Positions 47,301 through 58,954 of a DNA stretch of 64,000 nt are shown here, in pieces. The notes under the pieces were generated by a model, which saw nothing but the letters and a program-made list of their open reading frames with translations, was not told the DNA's origin and searched no databases. The stretch is from assembly GCA_002269645.1 (NCBI GenBank), contig NIVC01000094.1:930001-994000 (forward strand), given 5' to 3'. Origin of the DNA: Macrostomum lignano. Lineage: Eukaryota. Position 1 is the stretch's first letter. Each line of letters opens with the position of its first letter. The position numbers were made by a program, and so were the translations under genes.

Positions 47301-48792
47301 CGTGAGTGGGATAATTGGGAGAATTAGCCAGATTCGAGCCCCTTACCTACTCCAAAGCGGCTTGGTCCTGAGCACGGTAACCCGCGCGCCGTCTTCGCAG
47401 CCAGTCTGGTCGGCGAGGGCGCGCCGCGGGCCCAGAATGAAGCGAATAGCGCCGAATTTGAAGGCCAGAAGATTTGCCAACTCGTTAAAAGCGACCATGG
47501 AATACCTGAAAATTAGTTCGAGTATTTCTGCTTATTTACCTAGTCTACAGGTGTCATAAATTAATAAGCGGCAAACTCACGCTGCCATTAGCACGTGCAT
47601 GAACTCGGCCGATTTTGGCACCAGTATTGCCAAACAAATCAGCCATTGGTACACCTGGAGGGCAGGTTGGGAGTGCATCAGGTTCAGGTATTTCCTTTTA
47701 CTAGTGATAATGGAATGATATAATTGAATAGTTTTAAGACGTCCAACAGACAAGGTAAAACGTAAACAAGGTGAAAAGTGAAGTGCTTGCGCCGTCGGCT
47801 AATAAAAAAACTGCATTTTTCTACTATTATCAGTAGCAAAAGTAGCGTGTTTTATATTTTTAATGAAATAAAAACTATAAAATCTGTGGGGTACTGCTGT
47901 AAGAATTTCATTTTTAATAACGCAGCAATACGCTCAGCTACTCAGATACACGCACCGGAAACAGGGCGGTCAGGTTTGAGGCCAGGGTCAGGTGAGAATG
48001 CGACAGGCGGTCTCTGACCATGGCGCCCATGCGAGTGGCGTACAGGCAGGCGCCGGCCGCGGCCAGGGTCAGGCAGACTGCGGTCTCCGCTTTGCCCACC
48101 GTTGGCAGGGCTGCGGTGAATAAATGGAAAATGGGAATCAGTGTTTAGTTAGGCGTGGGATCGGTATACAATCTGGCACAACCTGACACTCACTGGCTGA
48201 CACAACCTGACACTCACTGGCTAACACAACCTGACACCCACAGGCTGACACAACCTGACACAACCTGACACTCACTGGGTGACACAACCTGACACTCACT
48301 GGCTGACACAACCTGACACCCACAGGTTGACACAACCTGACACCAACTGGCTGACAGTCCAACTAAACCTGACACACGCTGGCTGGCTGACAGTGACAAT
48401 CCAGAACAACCTAACACGCTGACACTCTCAAGTGACAACACAATGGAAATTAATGCTATTTACTTTGTGTATAAAATTTGACAGACATCACGACACTTCA
48501 GCATAATCTGACGCAGTCTGACTAGCATTCTAACAGTCTGACCTGAAACACTAAAGCATACTAAACAGTAAACACCAACAATCAAAGTTAATCTGAGACG
48601 ATGCTTTATTAAAGGAAGTCTTGGTCTCGGTTTGTACCATTCTGCTTAAAAAAGCAGGATTTTTAACACCCCTACACAGCAAGACTCACTTGTAATGTAA
48701 GCCAGACCGCTCTGCGCTTCCACATCTGAAGAAGCAGGCGGTGTTCCGTTCGTGACTTGGCCAGATTGGCACAGTGGGGGTTGCTGTCCCAT
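44323..48792 (-). CDS. Organic solute transporter alpha-like (SLC51A / Solute_trans_a family), ~410 aa
   Basis: Phase-consistent exons 48792-48690, 48110-47956, 47654-47581, 47505-47347, 45781-45363, 44645-44323. Peptides resemble remembered OST-alpha: VYQWLICLAILVPKS..YSMVAFNELANLLAFKFG~VVSVLCCFGLWIPRS..FYAVCFYLLMLVMVEGFG, YRLGAKF~QNMGAKF. The last exon could instead splice onward at ~44338. Confidence 0.75.
44880..45225. repeat. ~28-bp minisatellite (ggatcaatgatctactaagggaataaaa)n in OST-alpha intron
   Basis: Read directly. Confidence 0.92.
45806..47295. repeat. G-rich arrays: (ggggatgrt)n 9-bp at 45806-46215 and (gggcagggaggggttgggata)n ~21-bp at 46300-47295
   Basis: Read directly; both lie inside one OST-alpha intron. 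Confidence 0.95.
48170..48430. repeat. ~23-bp repeat (cacaacctgacactcactggctga)n in OST-alpha intron 1
   Basis: Read directly; same family as 57113-57962. Confidence 0.9.
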
Positions 48793-50707
48793 TGCATTGA
48801 TTTTAGGCTTTGGTGGATTGAAGGCGCAGTTCTACTCAGAAGTGAGAACTCATTAATTAACTTAAATATTTCCACCCTGGACTATCAATTATCTGCTGAA
48901 CTATCGGCTATTTTAATTGCTTTTAATCGTGGTCCGGTTGATTTAGCCTGGGCGTGCCTAGGCGTCTGGCTCAGAAGATTGGGGTGGTTGTAGCCGATGT
49001 ACATAGCCAGAGCCAATGTACATTAAATCTCTAACCCTCCCCCGCATGTACAAAGGACGGGCCACTTTCTCTTTTACTACTTTACCAGGAGTCTTTACCC
49101 CAAACCGTTCACCCGTGCACAATCAAATTAGGCAACGTTTCACGCGCAATGTTCAAGGCCATGCAAATTGGTGTACAAGTTGGATGTTTAGTCCACAGAG
49201 CCACAGAAAGTTCTGCGGTTTAGCCTTCATTGATTATAGTGAACGAGAACCGAGTGCAAACGAAAAATGAATACAGTAAGCATAATATTCTATTTGATTT
49301 TGTTTGCGAGCTACATACGGGGCTTAGAACTAATTTATGATTTAAACAAAACATTCTGAAGTTTTTTGTTTCTTCACAACATTAAGTTTTTTTGTTTTGT
49401 TTCTGAACATTCTGAAGATACCGGATTTTTCATCGTTTTTTGATATTTCATAAACGGGAAATTGTATAGTAATTGTTTTTTATATGTTATACATTTCCAT
49501 ATACTAATGCAATGGTTTGCATAGGTGCTTGCAACTTATGCAAACCAGCTTTAGTGACCAGCCACCCCCTGCCTTTGTGCATCTGTTTAGGGCATGCTGT
49601 ACTTAGCCCCACCCCCTCCGCTGGCTATTTAGCACGCCGTTTCAGCGTTGCGCTCAGTGTTCTCGCTGCTATAATTTTTTCTAAATTTTTCTAAATAAGT
49701 TGTTATAAAAGCGAAAGACGCGAAAATAAAACATTTTTAATATGCGTCCTGACTTGTAACGACTACAGCTTTTCAAATTATTAATTTTAATTACTAACTG
49801 ATTTGTTACACTTTCCTAGAATTTTTTATAAACGACTATATTTCAGCATCAACCATGATGAATACTTATCAGGATGCCATGAAGAAGATGATATATTACT
49901 AAATCATCATTGACATTGGAGAGGGACGCCCGCCCATTGCTCTTGATATGGTTCCCACGAAAAATTATTCAAACTGGAATGAACAAAAAATTTTATTTAG
50001 TCAAATAAGTCTTTTTTAAATAAATATATGAAAACGTACGTGCTCAAGCATCCACTGGGAGCTCTTATTCCAAAATTTATTCGGAACACTCATTCTAAAG
50101 CCATTAATTGTTTTGTTGGAAGAAAAGTTTGCTATTTTGTTTGCTAGATGGCCTAGGTTAATAATGCGACATGCTGTCGGATTACAAAAGTGAGCCTTTA
50201 GCAGCGAATATTGTTATTTCTCACGGAAAGTCCGCATTAAAAACTGCAATTAACATAAATGAAAAACAGAGATCTATAAATAGTATTCCGAAATCTGAGT
50301 GCGTATGCAATAAATTCATTTGCAGAGACAGGTGTACAAATTAATATTTTTTCTGGTAAACTCGGGCTTTTGTCATAGTTTCAGCAGGCCACTAGTCGGA
50401 GTTGTCTTCATCTCTTTCGGCGAATATTTACACTGAAAATAGTTGTCAAAAACACTCCCCAGTGACTAAAGTGCTGCAAAACAATGCATAAAGTTTAAAG
50501 CGGTGTTTACGCCGCGTGAGAGCAGCCACCAGCAGTGCAGAGGCGACTCGAAGCAAGAAAAAACTGTTGCCTTCATTTAGCCAGCCAGCCTCAACCCCTC
50601 TGTTTTCGAATGAGAGCTCGTATATTGTCTCTGCTTACACTCAGCCGCCCATAAAAACAAGCTTCATCTCAGAGTGAATTATTTAGACAACCGACAATTT
50701 AGCGCTC

Positions 50708-53392
50708 ATGCGGCCGTGGGTACTAATCCTGCCATTACTGCTTCAACTCGCCCGCGTCAGGGCCCAGTGCAACCCGGCCAGCTCCGTGCCCGACCCTCGA
50801 GTTGGCGTCGTTGACTACCCGGGCACGGCTGGCGACAGCTGCTACTTTCCCTTCACCTACGGCGGCAGGGTGTTCCACGAGTGCGACGGGCCTTACTGTG
50901 ACGGCTCCTTCTGCGGCTACTGGTGCGCCACCAGCTGCAACTACCCCACCGACTACTCGGCCTGGCGCTTCTGCCGCTTTATGGTGGCCGACCTGGCCAA
51001 GCCGAACTGCGCCGCTCTGGCCAACATGAGCTCCTCGACCGAGATTGAAGTCTACGGCGGCAGCGGCTCTGGCACAGCCTGCTACTTTCCGTTCATGCAC
51101 GACAATGTCTGCTACGATGACTGCATTGATACTGACGGCAGCGGCCAGTTTTGGTGCTCAACCACGGATGTCATGTACCACGTAGCTACCAACAAGCGCT
51201 TCTGTCGTGCCACCAGGAAGGGCCTGAGGGATTCTAGCTGTTCCAGACTTAACGCTACCGCCCCCGTGTACCTTCCACAGCAGATTGGCAACTACTCAAT
51301 AGCTCTGGTGCAAACGGATCCTACAGGTAACTGCACCTTCCCTTTCTACTACAAAGAGAAATGCTACGATGACTGCACGACGGTGGATGCTCAAGCTTGG
51401 GACCTGCCCTGGTGCTTAACCGAGAAATACTACCAGCCCAACAAGCGAACGAGGGTCTGCCCGCACTATCGCAAGTATAAGGAGGTCACCGGCCTCGCAC
51501 TTGACTGGGGATTCTTCTACATCCGAGAGCACACCAGCTGCAGCTCCGGTGGCGCCGCTTGCAACTCGTCCTGGTCTCCCGCAGGTTCCGCTGTGCCAAC
51601 CACATCAGCTGGATCAAAACGGATGGCGCTGCAGTCGTCAGCTGAGCCAATTGAGGTCATGCCTCAGCCAAATGGCCTCTTCATCTTAAAGTTGCCATTG
51701 AGTTGCACCGACTCCAACTGGAGAAGCTTAAGCATCGATGGCAGCGAGGTCGGCCTGGAGCCGATTTCGAACGAGCGCGAGTTCTGGGACCTCCGTCCCA
51801 CTGGCACGCCAGGTGCGTTCACAGTGCAGTCGATGCGAAACAGCACGCGCGGAATGTATCTGTCTCACAGCTCGCTGAGCGGTACTCCGGTTTTAAGCCT
51901 GTCGGCTACCAGCGCCACCCAGTGGCGATTCGAAGCGCTTTCAGGACTGTCTAAGGCCACGCTGGGTCTGCCGTGCGAGAATCCGACCCGGCTGAACGGA
52001 TCTTGGTGTGCCTGGAGTGAGTACTTTGTGTCCGGGAGCGTTTCGACCAGAAATCGAACGTGCGCCTGCCCGCCAGCAATTCGCGGCCTGCCATGCGATG
52101 GGAACAGTACGGAGGTTGCCTCTGTGGTCAACGGCAGCTGGTGCGGTTGGTCCGCTTGGACCGAGATCAGCGATGGCTACAACACGAGATCTCGATTGTG
52201 CAACTGTAGCGCGCCGAAAAATGGCGGTGCAGACTGTCCAGGCGCGGGCAACGAGACTGGCCTGCGAGTGAACGGGTCGTGGTGCGATTGGTCCGCGTTC
52301 ACTGTCGACCCTGACGGCTGGGGATTTAGGAGTCGTTACTGCAACTGCAGCGCGCCGCAGTACGGAGGTTTGGACTGCGTCGGACCAAGCAACGATACAG
52401 GAGTGGCTGTCAACGGCAGCTGGTGTGCCTGGTCTTCATTCTCTCCCGCAGATAGCTCTGGACTGAGCTCCCGAACCCGAGTTTGTAACTGCAGCGCTTC
52501 GCAGTACGGAGGCTCAGAGTGCGTTGGAGCCAGTAACGAGACCGGGCCTCAAGTAAACGGGTCCTGGTGCAACTGGTCGCCATTCAATGTTACACACGGT
52601 CAAGGAACTCGAAGAAGATCTTGCAACTGCAGAGCGCCACAGTTCGGAGGTGCTGCTTGTCCAGGAAGCAGTATCGAGACAGGCCCCGCAGTCAATGGCA
52701 CTTGGTGCAGCTGGTCGCCTTTCACTGTGAGTGGCTCTCTAGGCGTCAGAACGCGAGCCTGCAACTGCAGTGCGCCGCAGTTTGGCGGCTCGAATTGCTC
52801 CGGACTAGGCAGAGAAGAGGGACCGGCCGTGAACGGCACCTGGTGTGCATGGTCGGCCTATTCAAGTAACGGAACTCATGAAACTCGACGACGAGTCTGC
52901 AACTGCAGCGCGCCGCAGTTCGGCGGATCTGACTGTCCGGGCAGAGGCGTCGAGGCGAGCAGCATCGTTTCCGGCGGCTGGTGCAGCTGGTCAGCCTGGT
53001 CTGTCTCTGGCACCGGCCGGAGCAGCAGAAATCGATCATGCGCCTGTCCCTCAGCCAGTAGGCTGGGCGCCGGATGCAGCGGGCCGGACACTGAAACTGA
53101 AAGCGGCGGTGGCGGCGGCAGCAGCGGACGGGCGCATCCAGCCGAGCCGGGCGAGCCAGGCGCGGCCTTTAACAGCCTGGACTCATACTCCCGCCTCGTG
53201 GCCTGGTCAGCGGTCATCTGCCTGGCCATGCTGACCAGCACACTGACCGGCCTGGGCCTCATGCTCAACCGGATTGTCCAGTCCAGACGCTCTGTTGGCT
53301 CCAGCACCGAGGCGTCCCAGCAGATCAGACCGAAACGGCCGACACCACCGATATTCTCTGACTACGGATCTCACAGTGCCTACCCGGGATGA
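50708..53392 (+). CDS. Intronless 894-aa type I membrane protein: signal peptide, 3 fibronectin type II domains, beta-trefoil-like segment, 8 TSP1-like repeats, TM helix, short tail
   Basis: Single non-repetitive ORF. Signal MRPWVLILPLLLQLARVRA. FN2 motifs CYFPFTYGG..WCAT, CYFPFMHDN..WCST, CTFPFYYKE..WCLT. Eight NG(S/T)WCxWS..RxRxCxC..GG..C units. TM LVAWSAVICLAMLTSTLTGLGLML. The beta-trefoil call is tentative. Confidence 0.9.
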   Translation: MRPWVLILPLLLQLARVRAQCNPASSVPDPRVGVVDYPGTAGDSCYFPFTYGGRVFHECDGPYCDGSFCGYWCATSCNYPTDYSAWRFCRFMVADLAKPNCAALANMSSSTEIEVYGGSGSGTACYFPFMHDNVCYDDCIDTDGSGQFWCSTTDVMYHVATNKRFCRATRKGLRDSSCSRLNATAPVYLPQQIGNYSIALVQTDPTGNCTFPFYYKEKCYDDCTTVDAQAWDLPWCLTEKYYQPNKRTRVCPHYRKYKEVTGLALDWGFFYIREHTSCSSGGAACNSSWSPAGSAVPTTSAGSKRMALQSSAEPIEVMPQPNGLFILKLPLSCTDSNWRSLSIDGSEVGLEPISNEREFWDLRPTGTPGAFTVQSMRNSTRGMYLSHSSLSGTPVLSLSATSATQWRFEALSGLSKATLGLPCENPTRLNGSWCAWSEYFVSGSVSTRNRTCACPPAIRGLPCDGNSTEVASVVNGSWCGWSAWTEISDGYNTRSRLCNCSAPKNGGADCPGAGNETGLRVNGSWCDWSAFTVDPDGWGFRSRYCNCSAPQYGGLDCVGPSNDTGVAVNGSWCAWSSFSPADSSGLSSRTRVCNCSASQYGGSECVGASNETGPQVNGSWCNWSPFNVTHGQGTRRRSCNCRAPQFGGAACPGSSIETGPAVNGTWCSWSPFTVSGSLGVRTRACNCSAPQFGGSNCSGLGREEGPAVNGTWCAWSAYSSNGTHETRRRVCNCSAPQFGGSDCPGRGVEASSIVSGGWCSWSAWSVSGTGRSSRNRSCACPSASRLGAGCSGPDTETESGGGGGSSGRAHPAEPGEPGAAFNSLDSYSRLVAWSAVICLAMLTSTLTGLGLMLNRIVQSRRSVGSSTEASQQIRPKRPTPPIFSDYGSHSAYPG

Positions 53393-53824
53393 CCTTTCCG
53401 GGACTAGCTTAGTCTAGCTATACTCGTAGATACTTTGGCCTCAGTTGAGCAAGCTGCGATCGTGCTCACTCCTGCAATTCATCTTTCATTGACACTTCGC
53501 ACTCTCCCTAAATATACATAAGATTTATAACCTGACAGCATCGAGCTGCCTAATTTATTCTTTGCCATATTACTGAAACACTCAAATTTAGTATATTAGA
53601 CTAGCCATCTAGTGCCCCCCTTCCGAGGCGCTCAATAAGCAAGGAGCAAAAATTATTCATGCAAATCCATTAAAAAAGCACATTTTCTTAAGAGCTTATT
53701 CCTTCTTCAGTTTTATAAATCACCTTATTTGAGTAAAATTGTCATGAAAAAAGATGCTTACCATGAATATCTTGCTTCTAAAAGTAACAAAGGGACGCAA
53801 CAAAATAAAGCCCTCAAGAAGATA

Positions 53825-54140
53825 GCAGGCATACCCCCTAAATCGAAAGCATCCCCAGAAAGCAAGCATCCACCCCCCCAGATAGCAAGCATCCCCTGAT
53901 TGCAGGCATCCCCAGAAAGCAAGCATCCCCCAGACAGCAAGTAGCTAGTGCAACAATTTCCTCAGCTATTGCAATAATCGCTTTCTAAGCTATTGTAATA
54001 ACCCCTTTGTAAGCTAGTGCAATAACCCTTTTTTATTTAGTGCAATAAACCTTTACTCGTCAAGTACAATAATCCTTTTCTCATGGTGCAATAATCGATG
54101 TCTCTGCTAGTACAATAGTCACCTTCTCAGCTAGTGCTGA
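53825..54140. repeat. Short degenerate tandem repeats (agcaagcatccccag; gctagtgcaataa) between convergent genes
   Basis: Read directly. Confidence 0.7.
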
Positions 54141-54584
54141 GCAACAAAATGAACTGAGGCAAACTTTTTCAGCTCTTTATTATTGCGTAAAAACAGGTCT
54201 TAAAAAATAACATTGTCATCAGATCTTGAGTTTAAAAAATACCTTGGTAGAGCAATTGAAAGTTTGGTGTATTCCAAAATGCCGAATTTAGTATTGGAAA
54301 TGTCATCTAGAGAACTGGCATATTGAAGAATCTCATAATTACTCTGCAACAAAACTATTTTGAATAGATTAAAAACAAATAATATTTCATGCAAAAATCT
54401 TTTCTGTTAAAAAAAATACGCAAATTACTTGCAAGTTACTAATAGTAGTGCGAACTGAAAAGCGTAGAATAGTAGCGTAAAATTTGCACTGTTCCAGTTT
54501 GAACGGCGCGGCCTGGCGCTGACAGATAAATGGCGCCAAAAGGGCAGACAGAAGACAGTTCGACTGCCCTCAACAACCACTCTA

Positions 54585-57500
54585 TCAGGGAGCCGGCTTG
54601 GCTGACTGCTGCCGCCGCCGCCTCTCCAACCGCTGCTGCACCAGGTCATCCGCCAGCAGCAGCAGCCCCGCGAATCCGATCAGAGCCGACAGGAAGATGA
54701 TGGAGGCGTTCCAGGAGCCGGTCCGGTCGAACAAATCGCCTGGAGAGGAATTTCAAGTATCAATTCGAGGGTTCGCGGCGATAAAAGCGTTCGGCACTGG
54801 TTAGTGAGGCTGGCTTTGGCGCTCTGGGCCAGCCTGAATGGAATTAAATACTTCTAGTGCGAGCTGAGGGTCTGCTTGCCAGTCTGCTTGTACTGAATAT
54901 TCTGCTGTGTGTACCCCAATAACCTCACAATGCCTCTCTAGTCCATAGTACTCCAATCCAAATTCACGTATCTTCATTGCTTCCCCAATTTCCATCTATC
55001 CCATCCCATCCTATCTCATCCTATTCAATCCCATCCCATCCCATCCCAACCTATCCCATCTCATCCCATGTCATCCCCATCCCATTCCATCTCACCCCAT
55101 CCCATCCCATCCCATCCTATCCTATCCCATCCCATCCCATCCCATCCCATCCCATCCCATCCTATCCTATCCCATCCCATCCCATCCCATCCCATCCCAT
55201 CCCATCCAACTCCATCCTATCATATCCTCTCATATCCCATCCGATCCCCATCCCCAGCAGCAGTAACGCACCCAGCAGCACGGGCACGATCAGCATGATT
55301 ATGCTCTCGATGATGCCCAGCATCCCGTAGGTCAAGCCCAGGTTCTCAATCCCGAACGTCTCCACCAGCATTGGCGCCAGGTTGGGAACCAGGCCGCCAG
55401 CCAGTAGGCCCTCCAGCAGAGCGTAGGCCAGGGCAGCGGCCGGTGTCGGGTGCAACAGGAGGCACCAGAGCGCACCCTGGGCGATCGTGAGGGTCAGCAG
55501 CAGCAGCTGCCGCCTGAACAGCTGCCTGTCAGCCAGGAAGCCGATGCTAATCCGAGTGACGAGGTCTGTGATGCCCTGGTACTGCAGCAGCCGGGTGTAC
55601 TCAGTGGCCGTCATGCCGATGTTCTTGCCGTGCTGCGGCAGCACCATGAAGTTGAACGGCATCGCCTGCGCGGCCAGCGACAGGCTGAACAGCAGCACCC
55701 AGAAGCGGGGCCGGCGCATCAGGCGGCCGCTCTCTTTGAAGCTCCGGCGGAGTCGGGTGACGAAGTTTCCCTGAAAGACGTCTTCCGGGGTATTCGCTGG
55801 GCCGCCGCCGGAGTCAAACAAGACGCTGACGTCTCCACAGGACGCCAGGAAGATCGCCGGGGCGTGCGGGGCCGGGGCGCCGCGGGACGCATCTTCCGCT
55901 GCCTCTGCGGACGTGGCGTTCGTCGAGGTAGCTCGACGTCGACAGCTGCGCCCGGCTGCGGACTTGGCCGAGCCGGACACAAAAAGAATGTTATCGGCGC
56001 TGGTGCAGTAGTGGTGCGGGTCACCGTTGGTTTGTTGCTTGGCTTTGCTCTTGGAGGTGCAGCTTGCACAAGCCTCTGGCTGGCTCTTGCTATCGTTGTC
56101 CATTTCACTTTCTACATCCTTTTCCGTGCTCTGCTTTTTAGTCTTCATTGCGTTTTCTTCCACCACCTCTTCAGCATTCTTCTCCGCATTCTTCTCTGCA
56201 TTCTTCTCCGCATTCTTCTCCGCATTCTTCTCTGCATTCTTCTCTGCACTCTTCTCCGCATTCTTCTCCGCATTCTTCTTCGCATTCTTCTTCGCATTCT
56301 TATTCGCATTCTTCTCCGCATTCTTCTCTGCACTCTTCTCCGCATTCTTCTCTGCACTCTTCTCCGCATTCTTCTCTGCACTCTTCTCCGCATTCTTCTC
56401 CGCATTCTCAGCCTCTTCGCCGATCAGCGCCTCCGCCTCAGGGGCAGCTCCCTGGTCGCTGGCGGGCACAAACGGGCGCATGACAGCGGCAGCCACGGCC
56501 ACGTTGAGCATGATTGCGCCCCAGATCAGCATGCAGCCGCGGAAGGTGTACTGCTCAATTAGATAGTTCATCAACGGCGGCATGCACAGAGCGCCCATGG
56601 AGCAGCCGGAGAACGTGATGCCCATAGCGACCGTCCGGCGCTGCAGAAAGTAGTAGCTGATGATCAGCACAGTCGGCGGGTGCGTCATGGACAGCCCGAT
56701 GCCCACCAGCAGCCCGATGGTGAAGTACAGCACCTCCAGCGATTCGGCAAAGTAGGACAGGGAGAAACCTAAGCCGAGGAAGCAGCTGCCGATGGACACG
56801 ACCAGACGGACTGAGAAGCGCCTGGCCAGGGCCATTGTGACTGGCGCTGGGCGGGTTCGTGGAGGAAGACGGATTAGTGGAGAATCATAGGGTTAAACTG
56901 GAGCTCATCTGCTCATCTTCTGACTTACTAAGAATGAGAAACACCAGAAACATGAAGCTCAAAATCCATGAGGTGTCCCGCTTGCTCCTGTTGTAGTGCT
57001 CCGACACGCTGGCCAGCAGCAGGCCGGTGCTTCGGACATTGCCGATCACCAGGATGTGCAGGAATGACCCAGCTGAAATGTGCATTCGGTCACCTGCTCG
57101 CTTAACTGGCAGTCTGACACTCACTGACTGACAGGCTGGCACAACCTGACACTCACTGACTGACAGGCTGGCACAACCTGACACTCACTGACTGACAAGT
57201 TGGCACAACCTGACACTCACTGACTGACAAGCTGGCACAACCTGACACTCACTGGCTGACAAGCTGACACAACTTGACACTCTCTGACTGACAAGCTGGC
57301 ACAACCTGACACTCACTGACTGACAAGCTGGCACAACCTGACACTCACTGACTGACAAGCTGACACAACCTGACACTCACTGACTGACAAGCTGGCACAA
57401 CCTGACACTCACTGACTGACAAGCTGGCACAACCTGACACTCACTGGCTGACAAGCTGACACAACTTGACACTCTCTGACTGACAAGCTGGCACAACCTG

Positions 57501-58055
57501 ACACTCACTGACTGACAAGCTGGTACAACCTGACACTCACTGGCTGACAAGCTGGCACAACTTGACACTCACTGACTGACAAGCTAACACAGCCTGACAC
57601 TCACAAGATGACACAGCCTGACACTCACAAGCTGACACAGCCTGACACTCACAAGCTGACACAACCTGACACTCACAGGCTGACACAGCCTGACACCCAC
57701 AGGCTGACACAGCCTGACACTCACAAGCTGACACAGCCTGACACTCACAAGCTGACACAACCTGACACTCACAGGCTGACACAGCCTGACACCCACAGGC
57801 TGACACAGCCTGACACTCACAAGCTGACACAGCCTGACACTCACAAGCTGACACAACCTGACACTCACAGGCTGACACAGCCTGACACCCACAGGCTGAC
57901 ACAACCTGACACTCACAGGCTGACACAGCCTGACACTCACAGGCTGACACAGCCTGACACTATGACAATTCAGCACAACCACAGCACTCACCGCCGCAGA
58001 TGACCCAGGCCCAGCCCCTGTCAACAGGCGATGCAGCTGGCTTGGCAAGTGCCAT
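54585..58055 (-). CDS. Monocarboxylate transporter (SLC16/MCT, MFS), ~645 aa
   Basis: Phase-consistent exons 58055-57992, 57072-56929, 56846-55272, 54739-54585. Has PVDRGWAWVICGAGSF (MCT TM1 signature D-G/R-GWGW), YFLQRRTVAMGITFSG, WGAIMLNVAVAAAVMRP, RISIGFLAD, ETFGIENLGLTYG and GDLFDRTGSW. Confidence 0.93.
55000..55256. repeat. (ATCCC)n pentanucleotide repeat next to an MCT donor
   Basis: Read directly. Confidence 0.93.
56160..56410 (-). repeat. Coding 12-bp repeat (EKNA/EKSA) in the MCT central loop
   Basis: About 18-20 units in frame within exon 3. Confidence 0.9.
57113..57962. repeat. acaacctgacactcac-core minisatellite (~21-32-bp units) filling MCT intron 1
   Basis: Read directly. Confidence 0.95.
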
Positions 58056-58954
58056 CAAAGATGGCCTCCAAAACAGAAAAAAACCTAATGAAGATTCTAC
58101 TGCAATGGAAAACTCGTATTTCGGCGAAGTCTTTCGGAAAGTAGTTTAAAACCTGGCAGTTCTGCGTTTTGTCACCACCGACTGACCCGGCTCGAGTTCA
58201 CAATGATCAAAATCGGCGATAACAGAATGAAATAAATGAAATTATAAACAGACAAAAGAAGCGCTACTGAAAAAGCGAGATGGCATCTTATAAAAAGCAA
58301 GATTGGCCAGTTTTTTCTCCATCCGAAGCTCCATTGGCTGCAGTGCGCTGACCTGATGCCATTCCCTTACCCCGAGCAGCGCTGTACGCGGAGCCATGGA
58401 CGCCATAAGGTAGACATCTGGACACAGGTCTAGCCCAATGGAATTTCCCCAATCGATTGAAACGCAAAAACACAAACTGCCTTCCATTCCAGACTCTCTC
58501 TCTCTCTCTCTGTCTAGGAGTCCCTGGCAGAGCGCTGATGCTGCGGCATCTGCCCCTCACCCGTCCGCCCAAGTGCACACTGCTAGGGGTACACTGAGAC
58601 GTACAGGGAGGGAGCAAGGACTCAAGAGCTACGCACTGCCCTGTCCTGTGACATCCATCTGTACTCGCCTGTACCGCGGCTACATGAGTACACTTTCCTC
58701 AGCGCCTCTCATTGCCTCTCATTGAAACCCTAAGATCTGGAATGGAACCCGGCTATTTTTAGGAATAAAACCGACTAAGAACTGGGCCATGCTTTTATTG
58801 GCATCAGGATCGTAGTTTGTCTGCGTCCCTGGGTGTATTAAGGGCCCGCGTTCACGCCAACAGGCAGTTAGAGTTGTCAATCAAGAAACAACACTGATTT
58901 CAAGCTGTGGTTTCATCAGGATTGCCTATAGCACTAATGCGTAATGAGCTGGGA

